Assembly: GCA_012519455.1 (NCBI GenBank)
Contig: JAAYQE010000101.1
Coordinates: 1,636-65,635, forward strand
DNA length: 64,000 nucleotides
Reading direction: 5' to 3'
Source of the DNA: Syntrophomonadaceae bacterium
Lineage (GTDB): Bacteria; Bacillota; Ch66; Ch109
Shown: piece after piece, positions 20,736 through 31,938 of the stretch
How the letters are laid out: each line of letters begins with the position of its first letter
How positions within the stretch are numbered: the first letter of the stretch is position 1
The notes under the pieces: generated by a model
The model's input: only the letters and a program-made list of their open reading frames with translations
Databases searched by the model: none
What the model was told of the DNA's origin: nothing
Translations under genes and position numbers: made by a program

Positions 20736-21764
20736 TTGTCAGAATTACGCCGGGATCCGATCACTAACCGTTGGGTCGTGATTGCCGCGGAAAGAGGCAA
20801 ACGACCTCAAGTATTAGAAGAAGATCCACCGGCTAAAGGGGACGCCGTATGCCCCTTTTGTCCGGGTAGTGAAGACGAAACTACGCCAGAGGTTTTTGCT
20901 ATTGGCCCTCCAGAACGGGAACCTAATGGGCCTGACTGGGGAGTAAGAGTAATCCCTAATCGCTATCCCATTTTTCAAGAGCATAGTGAAGGCCTTCGCC
21001 GGGGATACGGACTATTTGATCAAATAAATGGGGTGGGGATTCATGAAGTTGTTGTAGAAAGCCCACACCACGAGGCCTCATTAGCGGATTTACCAGTTGC
21101 CGAAATCCAGCATATATTACAAGCTTATCGTCATCGTTTATTGGTGCATCGAAACAATCCTAATTTAAGGTACGTTCTTATCTTCCGTAATTATAAAAAA
21201 CAAGCGGGGGCCTCCATGGTACATCCCCATTCCCAGATAATTGGCACTCCCATTACGCCGTTATTAGTTAAAGCCAAGTTGGATAATTGCCATAAGTATT
21301 ACCTAGACAAAGAACGTTGTCTGCTTTGCGATTTAATCTGGCAAGAGATAAATTGGCCGCAGCGAATCGTTAGTGCCTCCGAACAATACATAATCCTCTG
21401 TCCTTTTGCCTCCTGTTTTCCTTTTGAAGTATGGCTATGTCCTCGGGTCCATTGTCATGATTTTGCCCTACTGTCAGACCAAAATTTACTTGAGGTTGCG
21501 ATTGCGCTTAAAGAAATGTTGATGCGGATCAAACTTACGCTTAATGATCCACCCTATAACTTTATTCTTAATACCGCACCGGTAGTACGTCCGCGACCCG
21601 GTCGACCGGAATACTGGCAAACGCTACAATATGATTTTCACTGGTACATTGAATTGATTCCCCGCTTAACTACCATTGCGGGATTTGAGTGGGGATCTAA
21701 TTTTTATGTTAACCCGGTCAGCCCAGAGCAGGCTGCAGAGCGGTTAAAACAAGTATCGCTGTAA
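20736..21764 (+). CDS. GalT-like HIT-family nucleotidyltransferase (galactose-1-phosphate uridylyltransferase family)
   Basis: CPFCPG zinc knuckle. HPHSQII histidine-triad motif. Confidence 0.7.
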   Translation: MSELRRDPITNRWVVIAAERGKRPQVLEEDPPAKGDAVCPFCPGSEDETTPEVFAIGPPEREPNGPDWGVRVIPNRYPIFQEHSEGLRRGYGLFDQINGVGIHEVVVESPHHEASLADLPVAEIQHILQAYRHRLLVHRNNPNLRYVLIFRNYKKQAGASMVHPHSQIIGTPITPLLVKAKLDNCHKYYLDKERCLLCDLIWQEINWPQRIVSASEQYIILCPFASCFPFEVWLCPRVHCHDFALLSDQNLLEVAIALKEMLMRIKLTLNDPPYNFILNTAPVVRPRPGRPEYWQTLQYDFHWYIELIPRLTTIAGFEWGSNFYVNPVSPEQAAERLKQVSL

Positions 21765-21853
21765 ACCAGAATTGCCGTAAGGTTTGGATAATATGCTATA
21801 ATTGACCATAATAGTACTTTGTACCTTTAATTTTATTTTTCGGTGGTGCATAT

Positions 21854-24682
21854 ATGAGTGGTCTAACTCCGATGATGCGGCAGTTTAAAGAAATTAAACA
21901 ACAACACCCGGAGGCGATCCTTTTATTCCGTCTGGGTGATTTTTACGAGATGTTTGGTTCGGATGCAGAGTTAGCTTCCCGGGAACTTGATCTGGTATTG
22001 ACCGGCCGAGAAGCTGGAGCCGCCGGTAAAGTACCGATGTGTGGTTTCCCGCATCATAGCGCAGATGGATATATTGCCCGTCTGGTAGATAAAGGGTATC
22101 GAGTAGCTATTTGTGAACAAACCGAAGATCCTAAACAAACGAAAGGATTGGTTAAACGGGAAGTGGTTCGAACCATTACCCCCGGCACCATTCTAGATAG
22201 TCAGGTTTTGCCCGAAAAGCGGAGCAATTATTTAATGGCCCTGGTACCTCAATGGCAAAGTCGTAAAAAGAGAAGCGTTAATTCCCCACCAACGGAAAAG
22301 GCCCGAGAAGAAGCAACCGAACTAATAGGCATCGGCTTGGCCCTTATCGAAGCTTCCACCGGTGAATTCCTGGTTACCGAATTCCATGGAGAACGTATCT
22401 GGGAGCGAACGCTAGATGAATTGGTGCGTCTAGAACCGGCCGAAATCCTTTTTGATGCCGATATTTTACAAGAAAAATTAACCGATTTTTTAGCCCATCA
22501 ACATACAGCAACTTTAACCCGGTTCCCGATAGGCCAAATGGATCTTAAAGAGGCACAGCGGATTTTAAACCATCATTTTAAAACGATTTCTTTGGATGGT
22601 TTTGGCTGTGCGGACCTGACGGCTGGGTTGATTGCGGGCGCCGGTCTCCTGCAATTCCTACAGGAAACGCAAAAAACCGTACCCCAGCATATAGAAAAAA
22701 TTAAAGCTTATACTACCGAACAATTCATGCTGCTTGATTGGTTTACGCGGCGCAATTTAGAACTAACCAGTAGTTTGCTGCAAACTGGCCGTGAAGGTTC
22801 GCTGTTGGGCGTTCTAGATCGAACCGTTACCGCTATGGGAGGACGCCGATTGCGGAGTTGGATTGATCAACCTCTGCAAAATATTAAAACGATTAATGAA
22901 CGGCTAGATAGTGTAGAGTTCTTGGTAAACGATTACTTCTTACGTACCAAGATACGAGAAATCTTGGATAAAATATATGATCTAGAGCGGCTTCTGGGCC
23001 GGGTTGCATATGGAACGGCTAGTGCTCGGGACCTGGTGGGATTACGCAGCTCTTTACAGATGGTGCCCCTGATCCGGGAGGCCTTGGAAGAATGCGATCT
23101 TTCCACTATCGAATTGGCATCAGGCTCCTTTAATACTTTGCGTGAGCTTTTAGGGCAATTAGATCCCCTAGAAGATGTGGTGAATTTGCTCGAACGGGCC
23201 ATTGTCGAAGAACCACCGCTTTCGGTACGGGAGGGGGGGGTCATTCGCAGCCATTTTAATCCGGAGGTAGACCGTCTACGCGAAGCGTCAGGCGGGGGTA
23301 AACAATGGATGGCTAATTTGGAGGGGCAGGAACGGGCACGTACCGGAATTAAATCTCTAAAAGTGGGTTTTAATAAAGTTTTTGGCTATTATATAGAGGT
23401 AACTAATGCTAATTTAGGTCAGGTTCCAGAAGATTATCAGCGGAAACAAACGCTAGCCAATGCGGAGAGGTTTATTACCCCGGAGTTGAAAGAATATGAG
23501 GTCCTAATTCTGGGGGCGGAAGAACAAGTTAAGGATCTGGAATACCGATTATTTGTCCAGGTAAGAGATCAAGTTAACCAGCAGGCCCGACGAATTTTGC
23601 AAACCGCGCACGCGCTGGCGGAACTGGATGTTCTGGTCGCCCTAGCGGAGGTAGCAGTAGAAAATAATTACTGTAAACCGGTGGTACACCTGGATCGGTC
23701 TTTGTCGATTAAGGATGCTCGTCATCCGGTGGTGGAAAAAAACCTAGTCAATCAGGCTTATGTACCCAACGATATTAACCTAGACCCTTCATCGCATTGC
23801 TTTATGCTCATCACCGGCCCCAATATGGGGGGGAAAAGTACTTACTGCCGTAGTATCGCCCTAATTTGTCTTATGGCTCAGATCGGTAGTTTTGTACCGG
23901 CCCGGGAGGCTGAAATTGGGCTGGTAGACCGTATTTTTGCCCGTATTGGAGCTAGTGATGACCTTGGCAGCGGTAAGAGTACGTTTATGGTGGAAATGAA
24001 TGAGGTAGGGAATATTGTAAATAATGCGACCTCGCGCAGTTTGATTATCCTGGATGAAGTAGGTCGCGGAACTAGTACCTATGATGGATTAAGTATTGCC
24101 TGGGCCCTTACGGAATATATCCATAATGTAATAGAAGCAAGGACCCTTTTTGCCACCCATTATCATGAACTAACCCAATTAGAGCTAATTCTACCTAGAG
24201 TAAAAAATTATAATGTGGCGGTACGAGAACAAGGTGAAGACATTATCTTTTTACACCGGGTGGTTTCCGGTGGGGCAGATCGCAGCTATGGAATCCAGGT
24301 CGCGCGTTTAGCTGGGTTGCCAGGGGATTTGATCCAGCGGGCGCAGCACATCTTGCATGAATTGGAGCAGCGCCATTCTGGTCCTCCTCGGGAGACATCG
24401 CCTGAAAAAGTCATCACTCTAATTAAAGGGGGTAACGAGGATGCGGCGGGTAAACAGCGCTTAACAGAACGTATTTTAACCGCTAAAAAAACCAAACGCC
24501 TTGCGGGTAGCGTTAAAGAAACGAGTGGGGATCAAGCGGTTAGTCCCATGCAATTGAGTTTATTAGAATGGGATAAGCACCCGATTCTAGAAGAAATCCT
24601 CGGCCTGGATTTGATGAATATGACCCCGTTAGCGGCTTTAAATCAGCTTTTCGAATTACAGCAAAAATTACGTAGGCGGTAA
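21854..24682 (+). CDS. mutS: DNA mismatch repair protein MutS
   Basis: 942 aa. N-terminal mismatch-binding domain. Walker A GPNMGGKST. Sliding-clamp (beta-clamp) binding C-terminus. Confidence 0.95.
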   Translation: MSGLTPMMRQFKEIKQQHPEAILLFRLGDFYEMFGSDAELASRELDLVLTGREAGAAGKVPMCGFPHHSADGYIARLVDKGYRVAICEQTEDPKQTKGLVKREVVRTITPGTILDSQVLPEKRSNYLMALVPQWQSRKKRSVNSPPTEKAREEATELIGIGLALIEASTGEFLVTEFHGERIWERTLDELVRLEPAEILFDADILQEKLTDFLAHQHTATLTRFPIGQMDLKEAQRILNHHFKTISLDGFGCADLTAGLIAGAGLLQFLQETQKTVPQHIEKIKAYTTEQFMLLDWFTRRNLELTSSLLQTGREGSLLGVLDRTVTAMGGRRLRSWIDQPLQNIKTINERLDSVEFLVNDYFLRTKIREILDKIYDLERLLGRVAYGTASARDLVGLRSSLQMVPLIREALEECDLSTIELASGSFNTLRELLGQLDPLEDVVNLLERAIVEEPPLSVREGGVIRSHFNPEVDRLREASGGGKQWMANLEGQERARTGIKSLKVGFNKVFGYYIEVTNANLGQVPEDYQRKQTLANAERFITPELKEYEVLILGAEEQVKDLEYRLFVQVRDQVNQQARRILQTAHALAELDVLVALAEVAVENNYCKPVVHLDRSLSIKDARHPVVEKNLVNQAYVPNDINLDPSSHCFMLITGPNMGGKSTYCRSIALICLMAQIGSFVPAREAEIGLVDRIFARIGASDDLGSGKSTFMVEMNEVGNIVNNATSRSLIILDEVGRGTSTYDGLSIAWALTEYIHNVIEARTLFATHYHELTQLELILPRVKNYNVAVREQGEDIIFLHRVVSGGADRSYGIQVARLAGLPGDLIQRAQHILHELEQRHSGPPRETSPEKVITLIKGGNEDAAGKQRLTERILTAKKTKRLAGSVKETSGDQAVSPMQLSLLEWDKHPILEEILGLDLMNMTPLAALNQLFELQQKLRRR

Positions 24683-24703
24683 TATATTAAAAGGGGTGAA
24701 TTT

Positions 24704-26398
24704 ATGTTAATCGGCATTGATGTAGGAGGTACTTATACAGATGCAGCCCTGATTCGGGATCGACAGGTGGTTCGTGCGGCGAAAATTCCGACTCGTTCAG
24801 AATTGCTGTCTTCTTTATTAGAAGCACTGGATCAAATTATGGAAGGGGTGGATCCGGCCGCAATCCAACGGGTAGGGTTAAGTACCACCCTAATTACCAA
24901 TTTAATAGCTGAAGATAAAGTTGAACCCGTAGCCCTAGTCGCCATCCCAGGGCCCGGAGCTAATCCATCCGGTTTTACGGTATTTGACGATGCGCATTTG
25001 ATCAAAGGAGCCATTGATTACCGGGGCCGAGAAACCCAGAAGTTACAACCCGCAGAGATAGCGGAGGTAATGAAAAAGATTGAAAAACAAGGTATTCGTA
25101 AAGTAGCGGTAGTAGGTAAATTTTCTGGGCGCAACAATCAGCATGAAAACGAAATTTATAAATACGTGACCCAAAACCACCCGCAATTAGAGGTGGAATT
25201 GGGACATCAAGCAGCGGGAAAACTGAATTTTCCCCGTCGGGCCGCTACGACTCGACTTACGGCGGCAACTCGCCCGGCTTACCGCAATTTCATTAGTCAG
25301 ATAAAAGCGGCGTTACAAGAGCGTAAAATTAAAGCTCAGGTATACATCCTCAAGGCAGACGGCGGAACTTTACCATTAGAAAAAGCAGTAGAGGTACCGG
25401 TAGAAACTATTTTTTCAGGACCGGCAGCCAGTACCATGGGGGTACTAGCCTTAACCCCGGAAGGTCAAACTTCGGTTGTTGTCGATATTGGCGGAACAAC
25501 TACGGATTTGGCGTTAATTTTGTCGGGTCGTCCCCTCTTGGTTTCCAAGGGAGCCCGGGTACAACAACATTTAACGCAAGTAAGGGCCTTTTCGGTACGG
25601 TCCGTAGCCCTAGGGGGCGATAGCACCATTCAGGTAAAGGCAGATAAATTACAGATAGGGCCGCTTCGGGAAGGACCAGCCCGTTGCCTAGGAGGACCGG
25701 TAGCGACGCCAACGGATGCCATGCGCGTTTTAGGTTTAATTGATCTCGGAGATGAAAAACTGGCTCGAGAGGCGATAGCGGAGATAGCTAAACAACTCCC
25801 AACTAATTCCATGGCCCCGGAGGAGGAGCCAGTGATAACGACGGCTCGTAAGATTATTGACGAGGTAGCGGTTATTCTTACCCGAGAAATTAATTATATG
25901 TTTTCAGAATGGGAACAGGAACCGGCCTACCGCATCTGGGAAATGATGCAAAAAGAACGGATACGTCCCCAAAATATAGTAGGGGTGGGCGGATCAGCTC
26001 CTCCTTTGATTCCTCTAATAGCCAAAGATATGAACTGCCAGGGAATTGTACCGGATAATGCCCCCATCGCCAATGCCCTAGGGGCAGCGGTGGCGCGGCC
26101 AACGATGGGGATTACCCTTCGAGTCGATACGGAACAGGCGGTTTATACCCTTGCGGAAGATGGTACTCAGGAGCGTTTAGTGCGTTTAAGCAAATTTCAT
26201 CTAGAAGAAGCCGAAAATCTGGCCCGAGAATTATTAAAAAACCGAGCCGAAGAAATGGGCCTGACAGAGTACAGTCGGGAAGCGGAAGTAACCCATCGGG
26301 AATTATTTAATATGATTCGAGGCTGGAGCCGGGTCGGCCGGTTGATTGATGTCGAGGTACAGATACCGCCCGGATTGATTGCGGAATGGATTAATTAG
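24704..26398 (+). CDS. hydantoinase/oxoprolinase (HyuA-like) family protein
   Basis: MLIGIDVGGTYTDAAL ASKHA-fold N-terminus typical of hydantoinase_A. Confidence 0.65.
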   Translation: MLIGIDVGGTYTDAALIRDRQVVRAAKIPTRSELLSSLLEALDQIMEGVDPAAIQRVGLSTTLITNLIAEDKVEPVALVAIPGPGANPSGFTVFDDAHLIKGAIDYRGRETQKLQPAEIAEVMKKIEKQGIRKVAVVGKFSGRNNQHENEIYKYVTQNHPQLEVELGHQAAGKLNFPRRAATTRLTAATRPAYRNFISQIKAALQERKIKAQVYILKADGGTLPLEKAVEVPVETIFSGPAASTMGVLALTPEGQTSVVVDIGGTTTDLALILSGRPLLVSKGARVQQHLTQVRAFSVRSVALGGDSTIQVKADKLQIGPLREGPARCLGGPVATPTDAMRVLGLIDLGDEKLAREAIAEIAKQLPTNSMAPEEEPVITTARKIIDEVAVILTREINYMFSEWEQEPAYRIWEMMQKERIRPQNIVGVGGSAPPLIPLIAKDMNCQGIVPDNAPIANALGAAVARPTMGITLRVDTEQAVYTLAEDGTQERLVRLSKFHLEEAENLARELLKNRAEEMGLTEYSREAEVTHRELFNMIRGWSRVGRLIDVEVQIPPGLIAEWIN

Positions 26399-26417
26399 TT
26401 TGAAGGAGGGATCACCT

Positions 26418-27824
26418 ATGCAACCAACCTTAAAACCTTGGAACCAGCGGCGCTGGGATACTATGGACCCAAAATCCAGAAGCACAGGCCTGGTGTTTTT
26501 CCCTGCTTTTGACTGGGCCATTTCCCCTACGCATCCGGAAAGAGAAGAGCGACTACTTTATACCAAAGATCAGATTTTTGAAGAAGGATTAATGGATCTA
26601 CCCCAGGTAGTAGAATATAAAGCCGGGTTTGCTACGGAAAAAGATGTAGCCCGGGTTCATTTTTGCGTTCCTGACGTACGGGCCCAGATAACTGATGCCC
26701 ACTTAATCTCGGTCGGAAGTGCCATGGTCCTGGCCGATGCTTTTATGCAGGGCGAAGTAACCAATGCTTTTGCCCTAGTGCGACCACCAGGCCATCATGC
26801 CATGCGGGTCGCACATGGTAACCGTGGTTTTTGTAATATTAACAATGAAGCCATCATGATTGAATATCTAAGGCATAAATACGGGTTACGCCGCCTGGTA
26901 ATCGTAGATACCGATGTACACCATGGCGATGGCACCCAGGAAATTTTTTACCATGACCCAGACGTCTTGTTTATTTCTTTCCATCAAGACGGCCGCACCC
27001 TTTATCCCGGATCGGGTTTTATTCCGGAACTGGGCGGTCCTGGAGCTTATTGTTCCAATATTAATATTCCTTTGCCGCCCGGAACTTCAGATGAAGGAAT
27101 TCATTATGTTTTAGACAACCTGGTCATGCCCATAATACGCGATTTTGATCCGGAAATTGTCGTTAATTCCGCCGGTCAGGACAACCATTTTACTGACCCG
27201 CTGGCCAGTATGCGGTGGACCGCCCACGGCTATGCCTTACTGAACGAAAAACTTCGGCCGGATATAGCGGTGCTGGAAGGTGGCTACGCAATTGAAACTG
27301 CCTTGCCTTACGTAAATACCGGTATTATTCTAGCCATGGCTGGTCTGGACTATTCTCACGTACGTGAACCAGATCTACAACCCGGGGCTCTGAAAATGAG
27401 CCCTTCCACTAAAGAAAGGGTACACGAAGTAGTAAGGGATTTACAAGAAATCTGGGCTAATCGTAAGGAACTAGCCCGCAAGCGAAAAGAAGAAGTGGGA
27501 GCTTACTACGAAAATAATAAACGGATTTATTATGACACCGATCAGATCGAAGAAAGGCAAACGGAAAGAGTTAAAATGTGTGCAGATTGTGCCGGCTATC
27601 TGAAAATCAGCTCTAGTGCGGAAAAAATGTGGAACAATCAGCGGATTATAGGGATATCTATTCCCCTTTACGCTTGCCCTGCCTGCCAGAAAGAGGCGCG
27701 GGATGTATTTTTAAAAGAAAAAGAACAGGCAAAGCCTACGACGGACGTTATCTATCTTCAAGATAAGCCAAACGATACGTTTATTGAGTGGTCCCCCTAC
27801 CGAAAAGAAGAAAGACGGTATTAA
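26418..27824 (+). CDS. histone deacetylase-family (AcuC/HDAC-like) protein with a C-terminal Cys4 ribbon extension
   Basis: DTDVHHGDGTQ catalytic motif. C-terminal CADCAGY...CPACQ. RBS GGAGGG precedes ATG 26418; the track ORF starts at an upstream in-frame ATG at 26379. Confidence 0.75.
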   Translation: MQPTLKPWNQRRWDTMDPKSRSTGLVFFPAFDWAISPTHPEREERLLYTKDQIFEEGLMDLPQVVEYKAGFATEKDVARVHFCVPDVRAQITDAHLISVGSAMVLADAFMQGEVTNAFALVRPPGHHAMRVAHGNRGFCNINNEAIMIEYLRHKYGLRRLVIVDTDVHHGDGTQEIFYHDPDVLFISFHQDGRTLYPGSGFIPELGGPGAYCSNINIPLPPGTSDEGIHYVLDNLVMPIIRDFDPEIVVNSAGQDNHFTDPLASMRWTAHGYALLNEKLRPDIAVLEGGYAIETALPYVNTGIILAMAGLDYSHVREPDLQPGALKMSPSTKERVHEVVRDLQEIWANRKELARKRKEEVGAYYENNKRIYYDTDQIEERQTERVKMCADCAGYLKISSSAEKMWNNQRIIGISIPLYACPACQKEARDVFLKEKEQAKPTTDVIYLQDKPNDTFIEWSPYRKEERRY

Positions 27825-27850
27825 TTTAGAAGAAGCGGGGAATTATTGAG

Positions 27851-29692
27851 GTGCCAAGCCGGATTATCTTATTAGATGCCGATACGATTAATAAAATAGC
27901 GGCCGGGGAGGTAGTAGAGCGTCCAGCCTCAGCGTTAAAGGAATTAATCGAAAATGCCCTCGATGCGGATAGCACCCGAATCGAGATGGAGTTAGAGGAA
28001 GGCGGGATCCGACAACTTAGGGTAGTGGACAACGGTTGGGGAATGAATGCGGAAGAGGTCCGGTATTCCGTAGAACGCCATGCTACGAGTAAGATCACCC
28101 AAGCTGAAGATTTGCAGCGCATACTAAGCTTTGGCTTTCGAGGAGAAGCACTCTCCAGTATGGCGGCTGTATCGCATTTGGAATTAATCAGCCGGACCGC
28201 AGATCAAACCGAGGGTACCCGTTTAATCATGGCTGGAGGAGAAATACTAAGTATGGAACCAATCGGCGCGCCAGTGGGTACCCAGGTAACCCTCCGGGAT
28301 TTATTCTATAACCTTCCGGCCCGCCGGGAATTTCTTAAGCGTCCGGCCGCCGAACAAAGATTGGCCATAGATCTGGTTAGCCGTCTGGTTTTGGCTAATC
28401 CCCAAGTAGCTTTTCGGCTGCAATGTGACGGCCGGACCCGGCTACAATCTAGTGGCAATAATAATCTATTAGAAGCGATAGCCGCAGTGTACGGTCCGGA
28501 AACTGCAAGCCAGATGCTGTTCGTGAAACAAGACTTAGAATCGGAGAGCGAGCTTTCCTTTACGCAACCCCTTGAGAGCAAGGCAATTAAGGTTTGGGGG
28601 TATGTCTCTGGTCCCAGCCTAACCCGTAATAATCGTCTTCATCAGAGTTTTTTGGTGAACCGGCGTTGGGTGCATAGCCGTTTGCTTCAAGAAGCGGTAA
28701 TGGAGGCTTATCATGGACTATTGCCGCCTCAACGTTTCCCAGTCGTTATCTTGCATTTAGAGATAAGCCCTGAAATGGTCGATGTGAATATTCATCCGGC
28801 GAAAATGGAGATCCGTTTTCGGGATGAGGATATGATTTTTAACCAGGTGGTAAAGAGCCTTCGCCACACCCTGCGTTCGCCGGCGGTTATTACTCGATTG
28901 GACCGGGGAGCAAGCGCCAGGAAAGACCCGACCAAAGCTTTACCCCGAAGCCCTTCTCCCTCCGCAACCGAATTACGGAGGGAGCCAAGCCTAGAGCCTT
29001 TAAATTTTTCCGGCCAACCAGGGCCAACGGAAAAAGCAGCGGATGTAGAACCGACGTCGAGAACCAGCGATTATACTCTGGCGGAACCGAGTACCCCCTA
29101 CGGGGAGAATCGTTTTTCCCTGGAATTATTAGTACCTAAAGCGCAAATTATCGGTACCTATATGATTGCTGAAGGGCCGGATGGCCTGTATATCCTAGAT
29201 CAACATGCCGTACATGAACGAATCCTGTACGAAAAAATAATGGCTGGTTTGGAAAATGACCATAATTATAGTCAGGCCGTTTTATTTCCGGAAACGATTG
29301 AGTTAACGCCAGAGGAAAGCGAAAGGTTTACCCGACAGATTTTATTTTTTCGCAACCTAGGTTTCGTGCTGGAGCATTTCGGTGGCCATACCTTTTTACT
29401 TCGAGGGATTCCTACCTTTATTAAAGAAAGCGGTAAAGAGGCCTTTATGGATCTGCTGGATTATTTAAGCGATAAACACCACCTAGAAGAACCGCGTCTG
29501 TATGAAGAAATGGTCGCCCGTTTAGCTTGCCACCAAGCGATTAAAGCTAATCGAGTATTAAGTGGGTCAGAGATGGAGGCGCTAATCCTGCAACTTGCCG
29601 GCTTAAATAATCCTTATTCCTGTCCTCACGGACGTCCGACCATTTTGCGTTTTACCCAAGCGGAATTAGAACGCCGATTTCAACGCCGTTAA
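27851..29692 (+). CDS. mutL: DNA mismatch repair protein MutL
   Basis: GHKL ATPase motifs (ELIENALDA, DNGWGM) and a C-terminal dimerisation domain. Confidence 0.95.
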   Translation: MPSRIILLDADTINKIAAGEVVERPASALKELIENALDADSTRIEMELEEGGIRQLRVVDNGWGMNAEEVRYSVERHATSKITQAEDLQRILSFGFRGEALSSMAAVSHLELISRTADQTEGTRLIMAGGEILSMEPIGAPVGTQVTLRDLFYNLPARREFLKRPAAEQRLAIDLVSRLVLANPQVAFRLQCDGRTRLQSSGNNNLLEAIAAVYGPETASQMLFVKQDLESESELSFTQPLESKAIKVWGYVSGPSLTRNNRLHQSFLVNRRWVHSRLLQEAVMEAYHGLLPPQRFPVVILHLEISPEMVDVNIHPAKMEIRFRDEDMIFNQVVKSLRHTLRSPAVITRLDRGASARKDPTKALPRSPSPSATELRREPSLEPLNFSGQPGPTEKAADVEPTSRTSDYTLAEPSTPYGENRFSLELLVPKAQIIGTYMIAEGPDGLYILDQHAVHERILYEKIMAGLENDHNYSQAVLFPETIELTPEESERFTRQILFFRNLGFVLEHFGGHTFLLRGIPTFIKESGKEAFMDLLDYLSDKHHLEEPRLYEEMVARLACHQAIKANRVLSGSEMEALILQLAGLNNPYSCPHGRPTILRFTQAELERRFQRR

Positions 29693-29724
29693 AACAAATA
29701 ATCGATGGAGATGGTGATAAAAAC

Positions 29725-30522
29725 GTGGTAGTAGTAACTACCAGCCAGGACAAAAAAGAACAAATTGAACTCGGACAAAAACTAGCCACTGAAATTGACT
29801 GTCCGTTTGTTTTACGTAAACAGCAGCGTTTATCCCAAATGATGCGTGATTTATCGCTCCAAGGAATCATCGTAGTTGAAACCCAGCAGGTTACCTTACA
29901 GACCAGGGAAGGACCGAGCTTTTATTTTCATCCCAATATGGTCAAACATCGGGCCCACGCTTTTTTAAAAGATCAACCAGATGTCATGGTTAAGGCCATG
30001 AATCTGGAACCCGGACTAAAGGTGCTTGATTGCACCCTGGGCTTAGGTAGTGATGCCTTAATCACTAGCCTAGTTGTAGGAAAAGCCGGGCAGGTAGTAG
30101 GCCTGGAAGCTTCTACGGTAATTGCGGTATTAGTAAAGAACGGGTTAAGGAATTACCCCTGGGAAAGTCTGCCCGTAGTGGGAAAACCGCTAGCCGAGGC
30201 AGCTAATCGGATTGAAGTAATCAACCAGGACCATCGAGAGGTTTTAAAAAGGTTACCCGCCAATTCCTTTGATATCGTTTATTTTGATCCTATGTTTCAA
30301 GAAACCATCCCTTCTTCAAAAGGTATTGCTATATTACGTCATTGGGGTTGGAATCAAACCCTGGATCCCAGTTTATTGCTAGAAGCCGCCCGCGTAGCCC
30401 GAAAACGGGTAGTAGTTAAAGTTAAAAGAGGAAGTCAAGAGTTTAATAGACTGGGGTTACGGCAAGTAATAGAAGGGGGAAGACGGATAAGCTACGGTAT
30501 CCTTTCGGTTAAGGAAGGGTAA
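29725..30522 (+). CDS. class I SAM-dependent methyltransferase (RsmJ-like)
   Basis: VLDCTLGLGSDAL motif I and a DPMF motif, as in the 16S rRNA m2G1516 methyltransferase family. Confidence 0.55.
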   Translation: MVVVTTSQDKKEQIELGQKLATEIDCPFVLRKQQRLSQMMRDLSLQGIIVVETQQVTLQTREGPSFYFHPNMVKHRAHAFLKDQPDVMVKAMNLEPGLKVLDCTLGLGSDALITSLVVGKAGQVVGLEASTVIAVLVKNGLRNYPWESLPVVGKPLAEAANRIEVINQDHREVLKRLPANSFDIVYFDPMFQETIPSSKGIAILRHWGWNQTLDPSLLLEAARVARKRVVVKVKRGSQEFNRLGLRQVIEGGRRISYGILSVKEG

Positions 30523-30598
30523 GGGGATTGTAAACCGGATGGACGCTGAACATAATCACAGTGGAATTATTTTAATGATTATTAGGTGATACATTAGT

Positions 30599-31549
30599 AT
30601 GTCTAAACCATTGGTAATTATCGTAGGCCCGACCAGTGTGGGAAAAAGTAAAGTAGCGATTGAAGTAGCCAAGAAATTGAAGGGAGAAATTATCTCCGGG
30701 GATTCAGTGCAAGTTTATCGGGGACTCGATATTGGTACCGCCAAAGTTTCCCCCTTAGAACAACAGATAATACCCCATCACTTAATTGACTTTGTGGACC
30801 CTAAGACGTCTTTCAGTGTTGCTGATTTTCGAAAGCACGCCCAGCAGGTCATTCAGGAAATATATCAACGCGGTAGAATACCGATCCTAGTCGGAGGAAC
30901 CGGGTTATATATCCGTGCGGTAGTTGACCCTTACGAGTTTGTGGAGGTAAAAACCGATTTAAAGTTAAGAGAAGCGCTGCAGGCAGAGGCCCAGCAGGTA
31001 GGTAGTCAAGAAATGCACCGTCGTCTAGCCCTTATCGACCCACAGGCAGCTCGTAAAATACATCCGGGGGATACGCGCCGGATTATCAGAGCGCTTGAGG
31101 TATATAATTTAACGGGCCAGCCTATTTCCCATTTTCATCATCTAGAAACTAATCAGGCACCTCTCTATCAAGCCGTTTGGATAGGGTTAACTTTAAAACG
31201 GGAAAAACTTTATCAAAAAATCGAGACCCGAGTGGATCAAATGATTCAAGACGGTCTGGTAGGGGAAGTTAAAGGTCTTTTGGCTACAGGGGTTAAACCA
31301 GAAAGTAATGCTATGCAGGCCCTGGGGTATAAAGAAATAATTCCTTTTTTACAAGATGAATATGATTTAAATACCGCGATAGAATTAATCAAGCGTAATA
31401 CCCGGCGCTTTGCCAAGCGGCAACTAACCTGGTTCAGGAGGGATCAACGAATTCAGTGGATTGACGTAGAAAAATATCCAACTTTGGAGGAATTGATCCA
31501 AAAAATTTGCCAAATAATTTGCAGGACAATCCATTTAAATGTAGAATAG
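30599..31549 (+). CDS. miaA: tRNA dimethylallyltransferase
   Basis: P-loop GPTSVGKS. Conserved mutL-miaA-hfq order. Confidence 0.95.
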   Translation: MSKPLVIIVGPTSVGKSKVAIEVAKKLKGEIISGDSVQVYRGLDIGTAKVSPLEQQIIPHHLIDFVDPKTSFSVADFRKHAQQVIQEIYQRGRIPILVGGTGLYIRAVVDPYEFVEVKTDLKLREALQAEAQQVGSQEMHRRLALIDPQAARKIHPGDTRRIIRALEVYNLTGQPISHFHHLETNQAPLYQAVWIGLTLKREKLYQKIETRVDQMIQDGLVGEVKGLLATGVKPESNAMQALGYKEIIPFLQDEYDLNTAIELIKRNTRRFAKRQLTWFRRDQRIQWIDVEKYPTLEELIQKICQIICRTIHLNVE

Positions 31550-31626
31550 GATTTGGTAACGAAATCGGTATTAAGGTACCCGTCGTTAAATATGAAACCT
31601 GAAAAAATAAGCCGGAGGTTTAGAGA

Positions 31627-31875
31627 ATGACCAAGAGTCAGATTAATTTGCAGGACTTAGTACTTAATCAGGTACGGAGAGAGAGCATACCTGTTACTAT
31701 CTACCTGGTAAACGGTTTTCAACTGAAAGGTTTTATCCGCGGGTTTGATAATTTTACGGTAATTATTGAATTTGACGGCAAACAACAGATGGTATACAAA
31801 CATGCTATTTCTACGATTACCCCCAGTCGACAGGTTAGTTTAATGCCCCCGCAAGAACCCGCTAAAAATAATTAG
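31627..31875 (+). CDS. hfq: RNA chaperone Hfq
   Basis: Sm1 and Sm2 motifs ([25 protein letters not shown]...YKHAIST). Confidence 0.95.
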   Translation: MTKSQINLQDLVLNQVRRESIPVTIYLVNGFQLKGFIRGFDNFTVIIEFDGKQQMVYKHAISTITPSRQVSLMPPQEPAKNN

Positions 31876-31938
31876 TTTTCACTTTGATTTAGATTATTGA
31901 CAATTAGCCCATAAGCATAATTAAGGTTGGTTTTTTTA

